A stretch of DNA of 64,000 nucleotides. Origin: Candidatus Multivoradales bacterium. GTDB lineage: Bacteria; Acidobacteriota; Thermoanaerobaculia; Multivoradales; J023. A program made the translations under genes and the position numbers. The stretch lies in contig CBDFLE010000005.1 in the NCBI GenBank assembly GCA_965248925.1, positions 2,240,001 through 2,304,000 of the forward strand, in the 5' to 3' direction. The stretch's first letter is position 1, and each line of letters opens with the position of its first letter. Under the pieces are notes generated by a model. That model saw nothing but the letters and a program-made list of their open reading frames with translations. It did not search any database and was not told the origin of the DNA. This document shows positions 30,308-41,200 of the stretch, piece after piece.

Positions 30308-33300
30308 TCACGGGCTGACCGCCCGGCGGCGGGTGTTACGGAATTTCGCCAGATTGGCTTGCTTCAATTTCTTGCCGACACCCTGTTGGCGTTGGCGGCG
30401 CCCGGCCAGCACTTGTTGCCAGATCTCACCGATGGGGAGTTCGGGCTGGGCGACTCCGAGCCGCAAAATCTCTTGGTGATCATTGATCCAACGATCGACC
30501 CGAGCCGGCTCGAAGAGGTCGCGGCGGTACTCCCAGGTGCCGAAGAAACCGCCCTCCAATTGACGCAGATTAGCCACCAGATCGAAGCGCGCGGCGCGGC
30601 GCTCGACATGCACGGAAGACATCTTCAACCCTGGAAGATCCAAGTCCTGAAGCGGCGCGTTCTGCAGATTGAACGCCACCTGCACCAGCGGTGTGGCGCC
30701 GCTACGCCGCTCCGGCTGGATCTCTTCCACCAAACGATCGAAAGGCAACGCCTGGTGGGCGAAGGCGTTCAAACAAACACCACGCACCCGCTCAAGCAGC
30801 TGCACGAAGCTGGGCTCGCCCGATAGGTCGACTCGCAGCACAAGCGAGTTCACCAGACAACCGATCAGATTCTCGGTCTCGAGCCGCTCACGACTGCCGA
30901 TATCCGTTCCCACCACCAGATCCTCGGCGCCGGTCTCGGCATGCAACAGAGAGAGGAAAGCGGTCAGCAAGGACATGTAGGGGGTCACTCCCGCCGCTCG
31001 ACTGAAACTATCGAGGCGCTCGGCCCAGCCGGCTTCGAGGCGCTGATAGCGGGTGCCACCGGCGAAGCGCCCGCCGCGGCGCTGGTGATCGGCGGGTAGT
31101 TGCAAGAGCGCTGGCACGCCACTCAGCTGCCGGCGCCAGAAGATCAGCTCGTTTTCTACCCACTGCTGATCGAGCCAGTCCCGCTGCCAGCCGGCATAGT
31201 CGACATATTGAATCGGCAACGCCGGCAGCTCGGCCAACCGGCCCCGCTGCTGGGCTTCGTAGAGCTGAACCACCTCGCGCACCAGGACGGTGAACGACCA
31301 GGCGTCGGCGATGATGTGGTGAATGCAGAACAGCGCCAGATGCTGGTCAGCGGCAACCCGCAGCAGCAAGACCCGCACCAGGGGACCGCTGGCCAGAGCG
31401 AAGGGGCGATGAGCAAAATCGCCCAGCAGGCGGTGCGCGACCGGGTCGTGCTGTTGCGCGGGCAAACGGGTCAGATCAACCACTGGCGTCCGCAGCCGCC
31501 AGGGCTCGATGATCACCGCCTGCGGCTCTCCCTGTCGCGATTCGAATCGGGTGCGGAGGACTTCGTGGCGGCGCACGACGGTCTCGAAAGCCGCGGTCAG
31601 CACTGCGGCAGCGAGTTCACCCTCGAATCGGAAGGCCGAGAACATGTTGTATCCCGGATTCGCCGGCTCCAGTTGGGCCATGAACCACAGGCGCTGCTGA
31701 GCGTAGGACAGTGGATGCTGCTGATCGCGCTGGCGGCGCTCAATGGGCTGCGCGACCGGGCTGCCGACCGCCGCCGGATCCAAACGTCCGATCAGCTCGG
31801 CCTGGGCGCGCAATATCGGCGCTGAGAAGAGATGGTGCAGTTGCAGCCGGACGCCAAAAGCGCTCTGGACCCTGGCCAGCAAGCGAGTGGCCAACAGGGA
31901 ATGCCCTCCCAGGGCAAAGAAGTCATCCTCTCGCCGCACTCCGGGAAGCTCGAGAGTCTCGCTCCAAATGCTCGCCAGCAGCTCTTCCGCCGTGCCCCGT
32001 GGGACCGACTCCGCCGCCGCTCGTGGGGCGGCCACTGGTGCTTTCTCCCGCAGCGCACGATGATCGAGCTTGCCATTGGGCAATCTAGGCAAGGACTGCA
32101 GCTGTAAGCAGGCCGCCGGCACCATGTATCGCGGCAGGCGCTCACTGACAAAGCGCCGTAGCTGGTCGGCTTGAATTCCGTCGCCGGTCGCCACCCAGGC
32201 CACCAGGCGAGCGGCGACACCCTCTCCACGGACCACCACCACGGCCTCACTCACCCCTGGATGTTGCCCCAGGCAAGCTTCGATATCGCCCAGCTCGACG
32301 CGATAGCCGCGCAACTTCACTTGCCGATCACCGCGGCCCAAGAAGTCCAGCTTGCCATCGGTCCGCCAACGGGCCAGATCACCGGTGCGGTAGAGCCTCG
32401 CCCCAGGACACCCGGCCAATGGATCGGGGACGAAACGCTCGGCACTCAAGGCCGGCGCAGCGAAGTAGCCTCGGCTCACGCCGTCACCGCCGATGTAGAG
32501 CTCCGCGGCGACGCCGATCGGCACTGGCGCCAAGTCCGAGTTGAGCAACCGCAGGGTGGTGTTATCGATAGCTCGCCCGATCGGCAGGCTGCCGGAAACC
32601 TCCTCGACCCGCTCGATGCTCGACCAGACGGTGGTCTCGGTGGGGCCGTAGAGGTTCCACAACGCCTTCACCCGCGGCCGCAATCGGCGGGCCAGATCCG
32701 GCGGCAGAACCTCACCACCGCACAGCGCCAGCAGCCCCGGTGTTCCTTCCCAACCCGACTCCAGCAGTAGTCGCCAGGTGGCTGGAGTGGCCTGCAGGGC
32801 GCTCACCTCACGCTGCCGCAGGAGGGTTTGCAGCCGCTCCCCAGCGGCCACATCCTGACCCCGCGCCAGCTCCAACCGGCCACCGACAATCAACGGCAGG
32901 AACAGCTCCAGCACCGCGATGTCGAAAGACAATGTGGTCACCGCCAACAAGGTGTCGCCAGCCCCAAGACCCGGCCGCTGGGCCATCGAGGCAAGGAAAT
33001 TGCTCACCGCTTGATGCGGTACCTGGACTCCTTTGGGGCGACCGGTCGAACCCGAAGTGTAGACCACGTAGGCCAGACTCTGCGCCAGCTTGGGCGGCAC
33101 CGGGCGGCACCCAACGGCCGCCTTCAGCGGTGCCTCGTCGATCACCCAGCGGGCAATGCCGGATGCTGGAAGTCGCTCTGCGCTGGCCCGCTCGGTCACC
33201 AGCAGACAAACGCCAGAATCCTCGACGATCTGCGCCAGCCGATGGGCCGGGAAGCCCGGATCGAGCGGCACGTAGGCCGCCCCGCTGTCGAGAATCGCCC

Positions 33301-36300
33301 ACAGGGCGGCGATCATCTCCAGCGACCGCTCGACGCACAATCCCACCCGAGTCCCCGGTCCGACACCGCGCCGTTGGAGTTCGCCAAGCAGCACCCTCGC
33401 TCGCTCCTGGAGCTCGCCGTAGGTCAGCCGCTGACCCGCGCAGCTCACCGCGACCGCCGCCGGAGTGCGCTCCGCCTGCGCCGCCAGCAAGTCGGGTAAG
33501 GAAACGAACTGGGCCGCCGCGCGAGCCCGGTCGTTCCACTCCACGACCACCTGATGGCGCTCCGCCGAACTCAGCAGCAAATCACCATGGGAGCTCTCGG
33601 GAGCCCGCGAAAGCCGCGTCAAAATGCGTCCGTAGAGCCCGCCCATGGCCCGCATTTGCAGCGCTGAGAAGCGTGCCGGGTCGTAGTCGAGCTCGCAGCC
33701 AACCCTGCCATCGAGCAGGCCGACACCGCCCAGCACCTGCAGATCGAGGTCGGTCGGTTCGATGCGCTCGAAACCCAGGACCTCCATCCGGCCCGAGGAC
33801 ATCAGCTGATCGACGGCATGAAAATGTAGGTAGTTGAAGGCCGCCGTGAACATCGGTCCGTCTCCCCAGCGGCGCTGGACCTCGCCGAAGGGAAAGCGCC
33901 GATGCTCGAGCAGCCGCCGCTCACCGGCGAACACCTGGCGCAGCAGATCGAGCCAGCTGCCGTCGGCCAACCGCAAGCGTAGCGGCAGAGTGTTCAAGAA
34001 CAGTCCGCGAAGCAGATCCGCCCCTGCGATCTCCGGTCGGCCGTGCAGCACCACGCCGGTCAGCAAGTCGGTCTGCCCCGACAACACTTGCAGCGCCTTC
34101 ATATGGGCCGTCAGCAGCACCGTCTTGAGCGGCGTGCCAGCGAGACCGGCGGTACGCCGCAAGCCCTCGGAAACCGCCTCGGAAATGGCGATCGACTGGA
34201 TCGAAACGGTCGCCGGCCGAGCACCGGATGGGTTGGGCCAACGGGGCAGCTCGAGCGCCTGCCAGCCGGCCAACATCTCCCCCCAGAAGCTCTCCGCCGC
34301 GGCCGAGCCGATGGCCAGCTGCTCGAGGTGGATGAAATCGCGATAGGTCACCGAGAGCGGCTTGGGTACTACCGGCGACGCGCCATCGAGCAGCTCGAAG
34401 TAGAGCTCGAAGATCTCCGCCAGGGTCGAGTGCAGACTCCAACCGTCGAAGATGGCGTGGTTCTCGGTCAGCGTCAGCTGGAAGGTCTCGGTAGTGCGCA
34501 GGTGGATGTGGAAGCGCAGCTGAGGCGCCTCGGTGAGGTCGAAGTGGCGGTGCTTCTCGACCTCCATCAAGACCATGATCCGGGCCTCCTGCTCGGCCGC
34601 CGGCAAGCCCCGCAGGTCGACCACCGCAACCTCTAGCTGGGCCTCACGATGTACTAGTTGCAGCGCTTCGCTGTAGCCGGTGAGATGGAACGAGGTCCGC
34701 ATCATCGGCTGCCGCGCCACCACCTGTGCCACTGCCCGCTGGAAGACCTCGGCCTCGAACCGAGCCCGCAAATGCCAGCTATCGACATTGTGGTACAGCG
34801 GATCTTCCGGCGTCAGCTGCATGTGGTAGAGCATGCCCGCCTGCAGCACACTCAGCGGATAGGCATCCTCCACCGTCGCTGGCAAGAGCGCACGATCGGC
34901 CGCCGAGATCAGGCTCAGCGGCGCCGTCCGCACGGTCGGCTCGGCCGCCGCCAAGGTGTCCGAGGACTCGGCCAGCGCCGTCGCCAGCGCGCTGATCGTC
35001 TGATGCTGGAAGAGGTCCGGCAAGGACAGCGAGATCCCTTGCTCGGCGGCTCGCGCCAGCACCCGCAAGCTCAAGATCGAGTCGCCGCCGAGAGCGAAGA
35101 AATTATCTTCCACGCTCACCCGTTCGACTCCCAGAACCTCTTGCCAAACCGCCACTAGAAGGTGCTCCGTCGGACGCTCAGGCGCGACGTAGGAGACGCT
35201 GCTCGGCAACCGTTCGCCGGCCTCCGGTGCCGGCAAGGCCCGCCGGTCGAGCTTGCCGTTGGCGGTCAGCGGCAGGGCCGCCAACTCGACGAACACCGCC
35301 GGCAGCATGTAGGCCGGCAGCCGCGCTTCGAGGTGGGCGCGCAGCTGCTCGGGCCCCAGCTCCCCCGCCACCGTGGCCGCGGCCGGCACCACGTAGGCCA
35401 CCAGGCGCGCTCCCTCCGCGTCGCCGTCGCGCCGCGCCACCACCGCCACCTCGGCCACCGCCCGATGCTCGCCCAGCACCGCTTCGATTTCCCCCAGCTC
35501 GATGCGAAAACCCCGCACCTTGACCTGCTGATCGAGCCGGCCGAGATACTCCACGCCACCATCCGCCAACCAGCGGCCGAGGTCCCCCGAGCGGTACAGC
35601 CGGTCGCCGGAACCGCCGCCGTAGGCATCCGGCACGAAACGCGCCGCGGTCAGGCCGGCACGCCCCAGGTAGCCCCGCGCCACGCCAGCGCCGCCAACCA
35701 CCAGCTCGCCGCCGACCCCGCGCGGCACCGGCTGACCCAGTACGTCCAACACGAACAGCCGCAGATCCGCCAGCGGCCTGCCGATGGCGCTGCCGAAGCC
35801 CGAGCGCACCTCTGCTTCCAGCAGCCGGTGGTAGGTCACATGCACCGTCGTCTCGGTGATGCCGTACATGTTCACCAAGGCCGGCGCAGCGTCACCGTGC
35901 CGATCCACCCAGGCCGACAGGGTCGAGGGATCGAGCGCCTCGCCACCGAACACCACCCAGCGCAAGGCCAGCTCGGTGGGCCGCGCCGACTCCGTCTGGA
36001 TCAGCTGGCGGAAGGCCGACGGGGTCTGATTGAGCACCGTCACCCCCTCGGCCGCCAGCAGCTCCAGGAAGCGCTCCGGCGAGCGGCTGACCCAATACGG
36101 CACCACCACCAACCGGCCACCATAGAGCAGGGCACCCCAGATCTCCCACACCGAAAAATCGAAGGCGTAGGAGTGGAAGAGGGTCCACACATCCGCCGCG
36201 CTGAAGTTGAACTCCGCCTCCGTCGAGCGCAGCAGCCGCAACACCTGGCCGTGGCTCACCACCACCCCCTTCGGCCGACCGGTCGAGCCCGAGGTGTAGA

Positions 36301-38263
36301 TCACGTAGGCCGCTTGCGCGGGATCGCCAGCCACCCACGGGGGCAATGGCTCGGCCAGCTCCGCTGGCGGCTCACCGGCCTCGATCTCCACCACCGTCCC
36401 TGCTGCCGCCGGCAGCTGGTCGCGCAGCGCGGCGCAAGTCACCCAAGCCGTCGCACCGCTGTCGGCGGCGATGAAGCGCAGCCGCTCGGCCGGCACCTCG
36501 GGATCCACCGGCACATAGGCCGCGGCGCAGCGCAGGGTCGCCAGGATCGCCACCACCAGCGTCGGATCGCGGGGCAGCAGCAGAGCTACGAAATCTCCCG
36601 GCCGAACCCCGAACGACCCCAGCCGGCCGGCCAACGACTCGGCGGCCGCGTGCAGCTCGGAGTAGGTCTGGGAGTGCCCTTCGCAGCTCAGCGCCAGCGC
36701 CTCGGGTCGGCTCGCGGACGCCGCCACGAAGGCCTCCCACAAGCCGCCGGTGAACTCGAAGTTCGCCCCGGCGCCGCTCCATTCCACCACCAGCTCCTGG
36801 TGCTCAGCGGCGCTCAGCAGGGCCAGCGAGGCGAGTTCGGCGTCCGGCGCTTCGACCACCGCGTGCAGCAGACGCTCGTAGTAGGCGAGGAAACGTTGCG
36901 CCGTGGCGGCGTCGAATAGGTCCGTGGCGTACTCGAGGCGCAACAACGAGTGGTCCTCACCTCGGGCCAGCGAGAAGACCAGGTCGAACTTCGCGGTCTC
37001 GGTCTGAACATCCCACCGTTCGACCCGCAGATCTGGTAGCTCAAAGCTCTCGACCCCGGCGTCTTCGAAGGCGAAGAGCACGTTGAACAGCGGTGTGCGG
37101 TCGACCCGGCGCTCGATCCCGAGGTGCTCGATCAACTGCTCGAACTGAATGTCCTGGTTCTCGAAGGCCTCCAGGGAACGCTCTCTGACTGCGGCAGCGA
37201 GCGACTGAAAGCTAGCTCCAGGGCCAAGCTCGGTGCGCAGCACAATAGTGTTGGCGAAGAAGCCGATCAACGACTCGAGCTGCGGTCGGGTACGGCCGGA
37301 GATCGGACAGCCGACCAGGATGTCCCGCTCGCCGCTCAACCGCGCCAACAAGCCCTTCAGCACCGCCAGGTGAAACATGAAACCGGTCAGGCCGAGGCGC
37401 CCCGCGAGCTGTTGACCGGCGGCGGTCAAGGCACCGCTCAGCCGGCGACCACACACCGCGCCACGCTGCGAGCGGCGGGCGGGTCGCGGCCGATCGAGCG
37501 GCAGCGGCAGGAGCTCCAAGGCACCCGCCAGCCGCCGCCGCCAGTACTCCTGCTGGTCGACCAGCGCACCCTCGCTCAACATCCGCCGTTGCCAGGCGGC
37601 GTAGTCGCCATACTGAATCGGCAGCTTCGGCAACCGTGGCGTCCGTTCTTCGATCCGCGCCGCGTAGGCCTCCGACAGCTCGCGCATCAGCAGATCGATC
37701 GACGAGGCCTCACCGATCAAGTGATGCATGGTCAGCAGCAGGACATGGGCTGCTGAATCGGTCTTTAGCAGCATGAAACGTAGCAGCGGGCCGCGGCTCA
37801 AGTCGAAAGGACGCCGCAGCTGCTCGGCAATCCGCTCGGTCGTCAGCCACTCGCGCGCCGCTACGCTGAGACCGCGCAGGTCGACCAGGGGTAGCTCGAT
37901 TTCGACCGTTTCTTCGACCCGCTGCCAAGGCAGTCCAGCGACCACTTCGACCCGCGAGCGCAGCACCTCATGGCGCGAGACCAGCAGGACAACGGCGGCG
38001 CGAAGAGCATCGACCCGCAGGCCCCCAGACCAGCGAAAGGCCTGGCTCAGGGTGTAGGCCAACGAGCCATCCTGCCACTGGTCGAGAAACCACACCCGCT
38101 GCTGAGCGAAGGATAGGGGCAGCTCGGCGCGCGACTCCAGTGGCTCGATCTTGGCGGCAGCTCCGGGCACCTCGCCGTCGTCGTCGTCGAGCAGCAAGTC
38201 GAGCAGCTCGAGCTGGTCGTCGAGCCGTTGCTCGTCCGCCGGATTCATCGCCCCGTCGGTCAT
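30308..38263 (-). CDS. NRPS2 (2651 aa): C-A5(Thr)-T-CmodAA(dehydrating type)-A6(Gly)-T-C
   Basis: Codes DFWNVGMVHK (Thr) and DILQLGLVWK (Gly). T5 has GGDS. The second C has EDAYPLS..QAGM, RTSFHLTGYSEALQLVH and NHAIFDGWS. The first C has HHLIGEA; the terminal C has HHIIADA. ATGA overlap with NRPS1. Confidence 0.95.
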   Translation of the reverse strand: MTDGAMNPADEQRLDDQLELLDLLLDDDDGEVPGAAAKIEPLESRAELPLSFAQQRVWFLDQWQDGSLAYTLSQAFRWSGGLRVDALRAAVVLLVSRHEVLRSRVEVVAGLPWQRVEETVEIELPLVDLRGLSVAAREWLTTERIAEQLRRPFDLSRGPLLRFMLLKTDSAAHVLLLTMHHLIGEASSIDLLMRELSEAYAARIEERTPRLPKLPIQYGDYAAWQRRMLSEGALVDQQEYWRRRLAGALELLPLPLDRPRPARRSQRGAVCGRRLSGALTAAGQQLAGRLGLTGFMFHLAVLKGLLARLSGERDILVGCPISGRTRPQLESLIGFFANTIVLRTELGPGASFQSLAAAVRERSLEAFENQDIQFEQLIEHLGIERRVDRTPLFNVLFAFEDAGVESFELPDLRVERWDVQTETAKFDLVFSLARGEDHSLLRLEYATDLFDAATAQRFLAYYERLLHAVVEAPDAELASLALLSAAEHQELVVEWSGAGANFEFTGGLWEAFVAASASRPEALALSCEGHSQTYSELHAAAESLAGRLGSFGVRPGDFVALLLPRDPTLVVAILATLRCAAAYVPVDPEVPAERLRFIAADSGATAWVTCAALRDQLPAAAGTVVEIEAGEPPAELAEPLPPWVAGDPAQAAYVIYTSGSTGRPKGVVVSHGQVLRLLRSTEAEFNFSAADVWTLFHSYAFDFSVWEIWGALLYGGRLVVVPYWVSRSPERFLELLAAEGVTVLNQTPSAFRQLIQTESARPTELALRWVVFGGEALDPSTLSAWVDRHGDAAPALVNMYGITETTVHVTYHRLLEAEVRSGFGSAIGRPLADLRLFVLDVLGQPVPRGVGGELVVGGAGVARGYLGRAGLTAARFVPDAYGGGSGDRLYRSGDLGRWLADGGVEYLGRLDQQVKVRGFRIELGEIEAVLGEHRAVAEVAVVARRDGDAEGARLVAYVVPAAATVAGELGPEQLRAHLEARLPAYMLPAVFVELAALPLTANGKLDRRALPAPEAGERLPSSVSYVAPERPTEHLLVAVWQEVLGVERVSVEDNFFALGGDSILSLRVLARAAEQGISLSLPDLFQHQTISALATALAESSDTLAAAEPTVRTAPLSLISAADRALLPATVEDAYPLSVLQAGMLYHMQLTPEDPLYHNVDSWHLRARFEAEVFQRAVAQVVARQPMMRTSFHLTGYSEALQLVHREAQLEVAVVDLRGLPAAEQEARIMVLMEVEKHRHFDLTEAPQLRFHIHLRTTETFQLTLTENHAIFDGWSLHSTLAEIFELYFELLDGASPVVPKPLSVTYRDFIHLEQLAIGSAAAESFWGEMLAGWQALELPRWPNPSGARPATVSIQSIAISEAVSEGLRRTAGLAGTPLKTVLLTAHMKALQVLSGQTDLLTGVVLHGRPEIAGADLLRGLFLNTLPLRLRLADGSWLDLLRQVFAGERRLLEHRRFPFGEVQRRWGDGPMFTAAFNYLHFHAVDQLMSSGRMEVLGFERIEPTDLDLQVLGGVGLLDGRVGCELDYDPARFSALQMRAMGGLYGRILTRLSRAPESSHGDLLLSSAERHQVVVEWNDRARAAAQFVSLPDLLAAQAERTPAAVAVSCAGQRLTYGELQERARVLLGELQRRGVGPGTRVGLCVERSLEMIAALWAILDSGAAYVPLDPGFPAHRLAQIVEDSGVCLLVTERASAERLPASGIARWVIDEAPLKAAVGCRPVPPKLAQSLAYVVYTSGSTGRPKGVQVPHQAVSNFLASMAQRPGLGAGDTLLAVTTLSFDIAVLELFLPLIVGGRLELARGQDVAAGERLQTLLRQREVSALQATPATWRLLLESGWEGTPGLLALCGGEVLPPDLARRLRPRVKALWNLYGPTETTVWSSIERVEEVSGSLPIGRAIDNTTLRLLNSDLAPVPIGVAAELYIGGDGVSRGYFAAPALSAERFVPDPLAGCPGARLYRTGDLARWRTDGKLDFLGRGDRQVKLRGYRVELGDIEACLGQHPGVSEAVVVVRGEGVAARLVAWVATGDGIQADQLRRFVSERLPRYMVPAACLQLQSLPRLPNGKLDHRALREKAPVAAPRAAAESVPRGTAEELLASIWSETLELPGVRREDDFFALGGHSLLATRLLARVQSAFGVRLQLHHLFSAPILRAQAELIGRLDPAAVGSPVAQPIERRQRDQQHPLSYAQQRLWFMAQLEPANPGYNMFSAFRFEGELAAAVLTAAFETVVRRHEVLRTRFESRQGEPQAVIIEPWRLRTPVVDLTRLPAQQHDPVAHRLLGDFAHRPFALASGPLVRVLLLRVAADQHLALFCIHHIIADAWSFTVLVREVVQLYEAQQRGRLAELPALPIQYVDYAGWQRDWLDQQWVENELIFWRRQLSGVPALLQLPADHQRRGGRFAGGTRYQRLEAGWAERLDSFSRAAGVTPYMSLLTAFLSLLHAETGAEDLVVGTDIGSRERLETENLIGCLVNSLVLRVDLSGEPSFVQLLERVRGVCLNAFAHQALPFDRLVEEIQPERRSGATPLVQVAFNLQNAPLQDLDLPGLKMSSVHVERRAARFDLVANLRQLEGGFFGTWEYRRDLFEPARVDRWINDHQEILRLGVAQPELPIGEIWQQVLAGRRQRQQGVGKKLKQANLAKFRNTRRRAVSP

Positions 38264-41200
38264 ACCTTGCCTCGCCGCCGTTGGGCCAACTTGTCGGCCA
38301 ACTCGTCGGGTGACATCTGTTGAATCCGCAGCAGCAGCTCGGCCCGCTTCGCCAGCATGCCGGGGCGCCTCTCGTGATCCTCCAGCGCGCTGGCCAGCTG
38401 GGCGATGGTGGTGGCCTCGAACAGCTGTCGCAGGGGCAAATCGATCTTGAACGCTGAGCGCAGCTGGAAGATCAGCCGAGCGGCCAACAGGGAGTGTCCA
38501 CCAAGCTCGAAGAAATCGTCGTGGATGTCCAAATCGTCACGACCCAACAGCTCGCTCCAGATGCCTACCAGAGCTTCTTCCAACGCCGAGCGCGGTGCCA
38601 CCCGCAGGCGCTCGCCGGTGGTCTCAGCCAGCCGTGGCGCCGGCAATGCAGCACGGTCCAGCTTGCCGTTGGGAGTCCGTGGTAGCTGTTCGAGGTCGAC
38701 GAAGAGAGTCGGCACCATATGCTCCGGAAGCTCGCTCCGCAGATGGTTGCGCAAGTGCCCTGCATCCGCTAGCTGAGCTTCCGCGGCGGCCACCCAATAG
38801 GCGACCAGCTGGAGATCCGCGGTTGCCGATTCATGGGTCACCACCACCGCCTCTGCAACTCCGGGATGGCGATCGAGATGGCTTTCAATCTCACCCAGCT
38901 CGATCCGGTGTCCGCGCACCTTGACCTGCTGATCGACCCGCCCAAGGAACTCCAGCACCCCATCGCGGCGGCGGCGGGCCAGGTCGCCGGTGGCATACAT
39001 TCGCCGCCCTGCCCGCGAGGAGAAGGGATTGGGCACAAAGCAGTCGGCGGTCAGTGCCGGCCTTGCCAGATAACCCCGCACCACCCCCTGGCCGGCGATG
39101 AACAGCAGGCCAGGTATCCCCACCGGCTGCAGCTCGAGGCCGCCGCCGACGACGTGCAGCTCGGTGTTGGCGATCGGCCGGCCGATCGGCACGCTGCCGC
39201 CGCCGCGCTCCAGCCGCCAGGTCGAGGACCAGATGGTGGTCTCGGTCGGCCCGTACATGTTGTGAATCTCACCACCGCCGGCCAAGCTCTCAGCGAGCGA
39301 CGGCGGCAGAGCCTCGCCGCCGAGCAGCAGACAGTCGACCTCGGCCAGCTCCTGACGGACCTCGGGATCCAGGGCCAGCATGGTCGCCATCGACGGGGTG
39401 CATTGGAAGTGGGTGACCCGGTGGCGGCGGATCTGCTCGCCGATGCCGATCTCCGGTTGGCCGCCGAGCAGGGTCGCCCGACGCACTTCGCTCTGCACCT
39501 CGGCGAGTCTTGACAGACCGGCGAGAACCTGGTCCTCCGCAATACCGAAATCGATCAAGCAAGCCACTTCATCGACGCCGATCTGACTCAGCCGGGCGAC
39601 CATGTCGAAACAGCTCTGGCGAGTGCCCATCAAGCCGCTGGTGGCGAAGTAGCGCTCGAAGGAGAATTCCAACATGGCCTCCATGTCGGCTGCGGAAAGC
39701 TCGGTGTCCTGAAGATCCCAACCCAGGCTGACGGCGAGGTTCTTGACCAGCCCGGCCGAGCCGCGGAGATAGCTGTAGAAGGGCTGCCGCACGGTTTCCT
39801 TCGCCACCTCGAGGTCGTCGGCGACGAAGGCGTGCAACATCACCGAGACCTTGCCCGACTGTGGCTCGTGCCCGGCCTCTTGCCGCGCCTGGCGATAGAT
39901 CTGGATGTTGGCCGCCAGCTGGTCGATGTCTTGACCGAGCATGTGGGTCAGCAGATGGGCGCCGAGCTCGCCGCCACGGCGAAAAGTCTCGGGACTACCG
40001 GCGGCGGTCACCCAGATCGGCAGCTCGGGCTGCACTGGCGGCGGCAAGATGGAGATCTCGGCCTCGGCGCCAACTCCGTCCGTCATGGTGACTTTCTCAC
40101 CGCGCCACAGCCGGCGAATCGTCTCCAGGTTGCGGAACATCACGGCGTGACGATCTTGAAAGCTGTCCGGCGCCAGCACGAAGTCGTTGGCCACCCAGCC
40201 GGAGGCGATCGAGATGCCGACCCGGCCGCCGGAGATGTTGTCCACCACCGACCATTCCTCGGCCACTCGGACCGGGTTGTGCAATGGCAGCACCACGCTG
40301 CCAGCGCGGATCTGCACCCGTTCGGTGATGGCGGCGATCGCCGCACCGACCACCGAGGGGTTCGGATACAGACCACCAAAGTGGTGGAAATGACGCTCCG
40401 GGGTCCACACCGCGGCGAAGCCGAGACGATCGGCGATGCGCGCCCCCTCGAGCAACAGGCGGTAACGATCATGCTCCTGCTCCCCCAGGTCGCTGGCGAA
40501 GTAGAACAAGCTGAAGTCGATCTCGCGGCCGATCGTCCGCTCTGTGGATCCAGACCAAGCGGCGCGACTGGGCGCCGCCGGCTGCAACACCACCCGGTAG
40601 CCGCGGGTGAGGGGCCACAACAGCTCGAGCACCGAGATGTCGAACGAGATGCTGGTCACCGCCAACCAAGTTCCAGGCTGGTCGCGACCGACCTGCCGGT
40701 CCATGCCGACGAAGAAGTTGGCGACGCTGGCGTGATCGACCATCACCCCTTTGGGCCGACCGGTCGAGCCCGAGGTGTATATCACGTAGGCCAGTCGCTG
40801 CAGCGATTCATCCAGCGACGGCGGGTCCGAGCGCTGGCCGTCGATCAGCCACTGATCTCGTTCCGGGTCCACCACCACCCGGCGCGGATCCTCTAGGTCA
40901 CCGAGCTCACCGGCATCGGCGATCAGCAGGGTCACCGCTGCATCGTCGAGCAGATAGGCCAAGCGGCGGGGCGGGTAGGAGGGATCCAACGGCAAGTAAG
41001 CAGCACCGGCCTTCAGCACCGCCAGCATGGCCACCACCATCTGCGGCGTGCGTCGCAAGTGGATTCCGACCAGGCTCTCCGGCCCAGCGCCCAGTGAGAT
41101 CAAGTAGTGGGCCAGGCGATTGGCGCGCGCCTCGAGCTCGCCGTAAGTGATCTGTTGGTCGGCGAAGGTTAACGCCACCCGCCAGCGCTGGCGAGCAACC

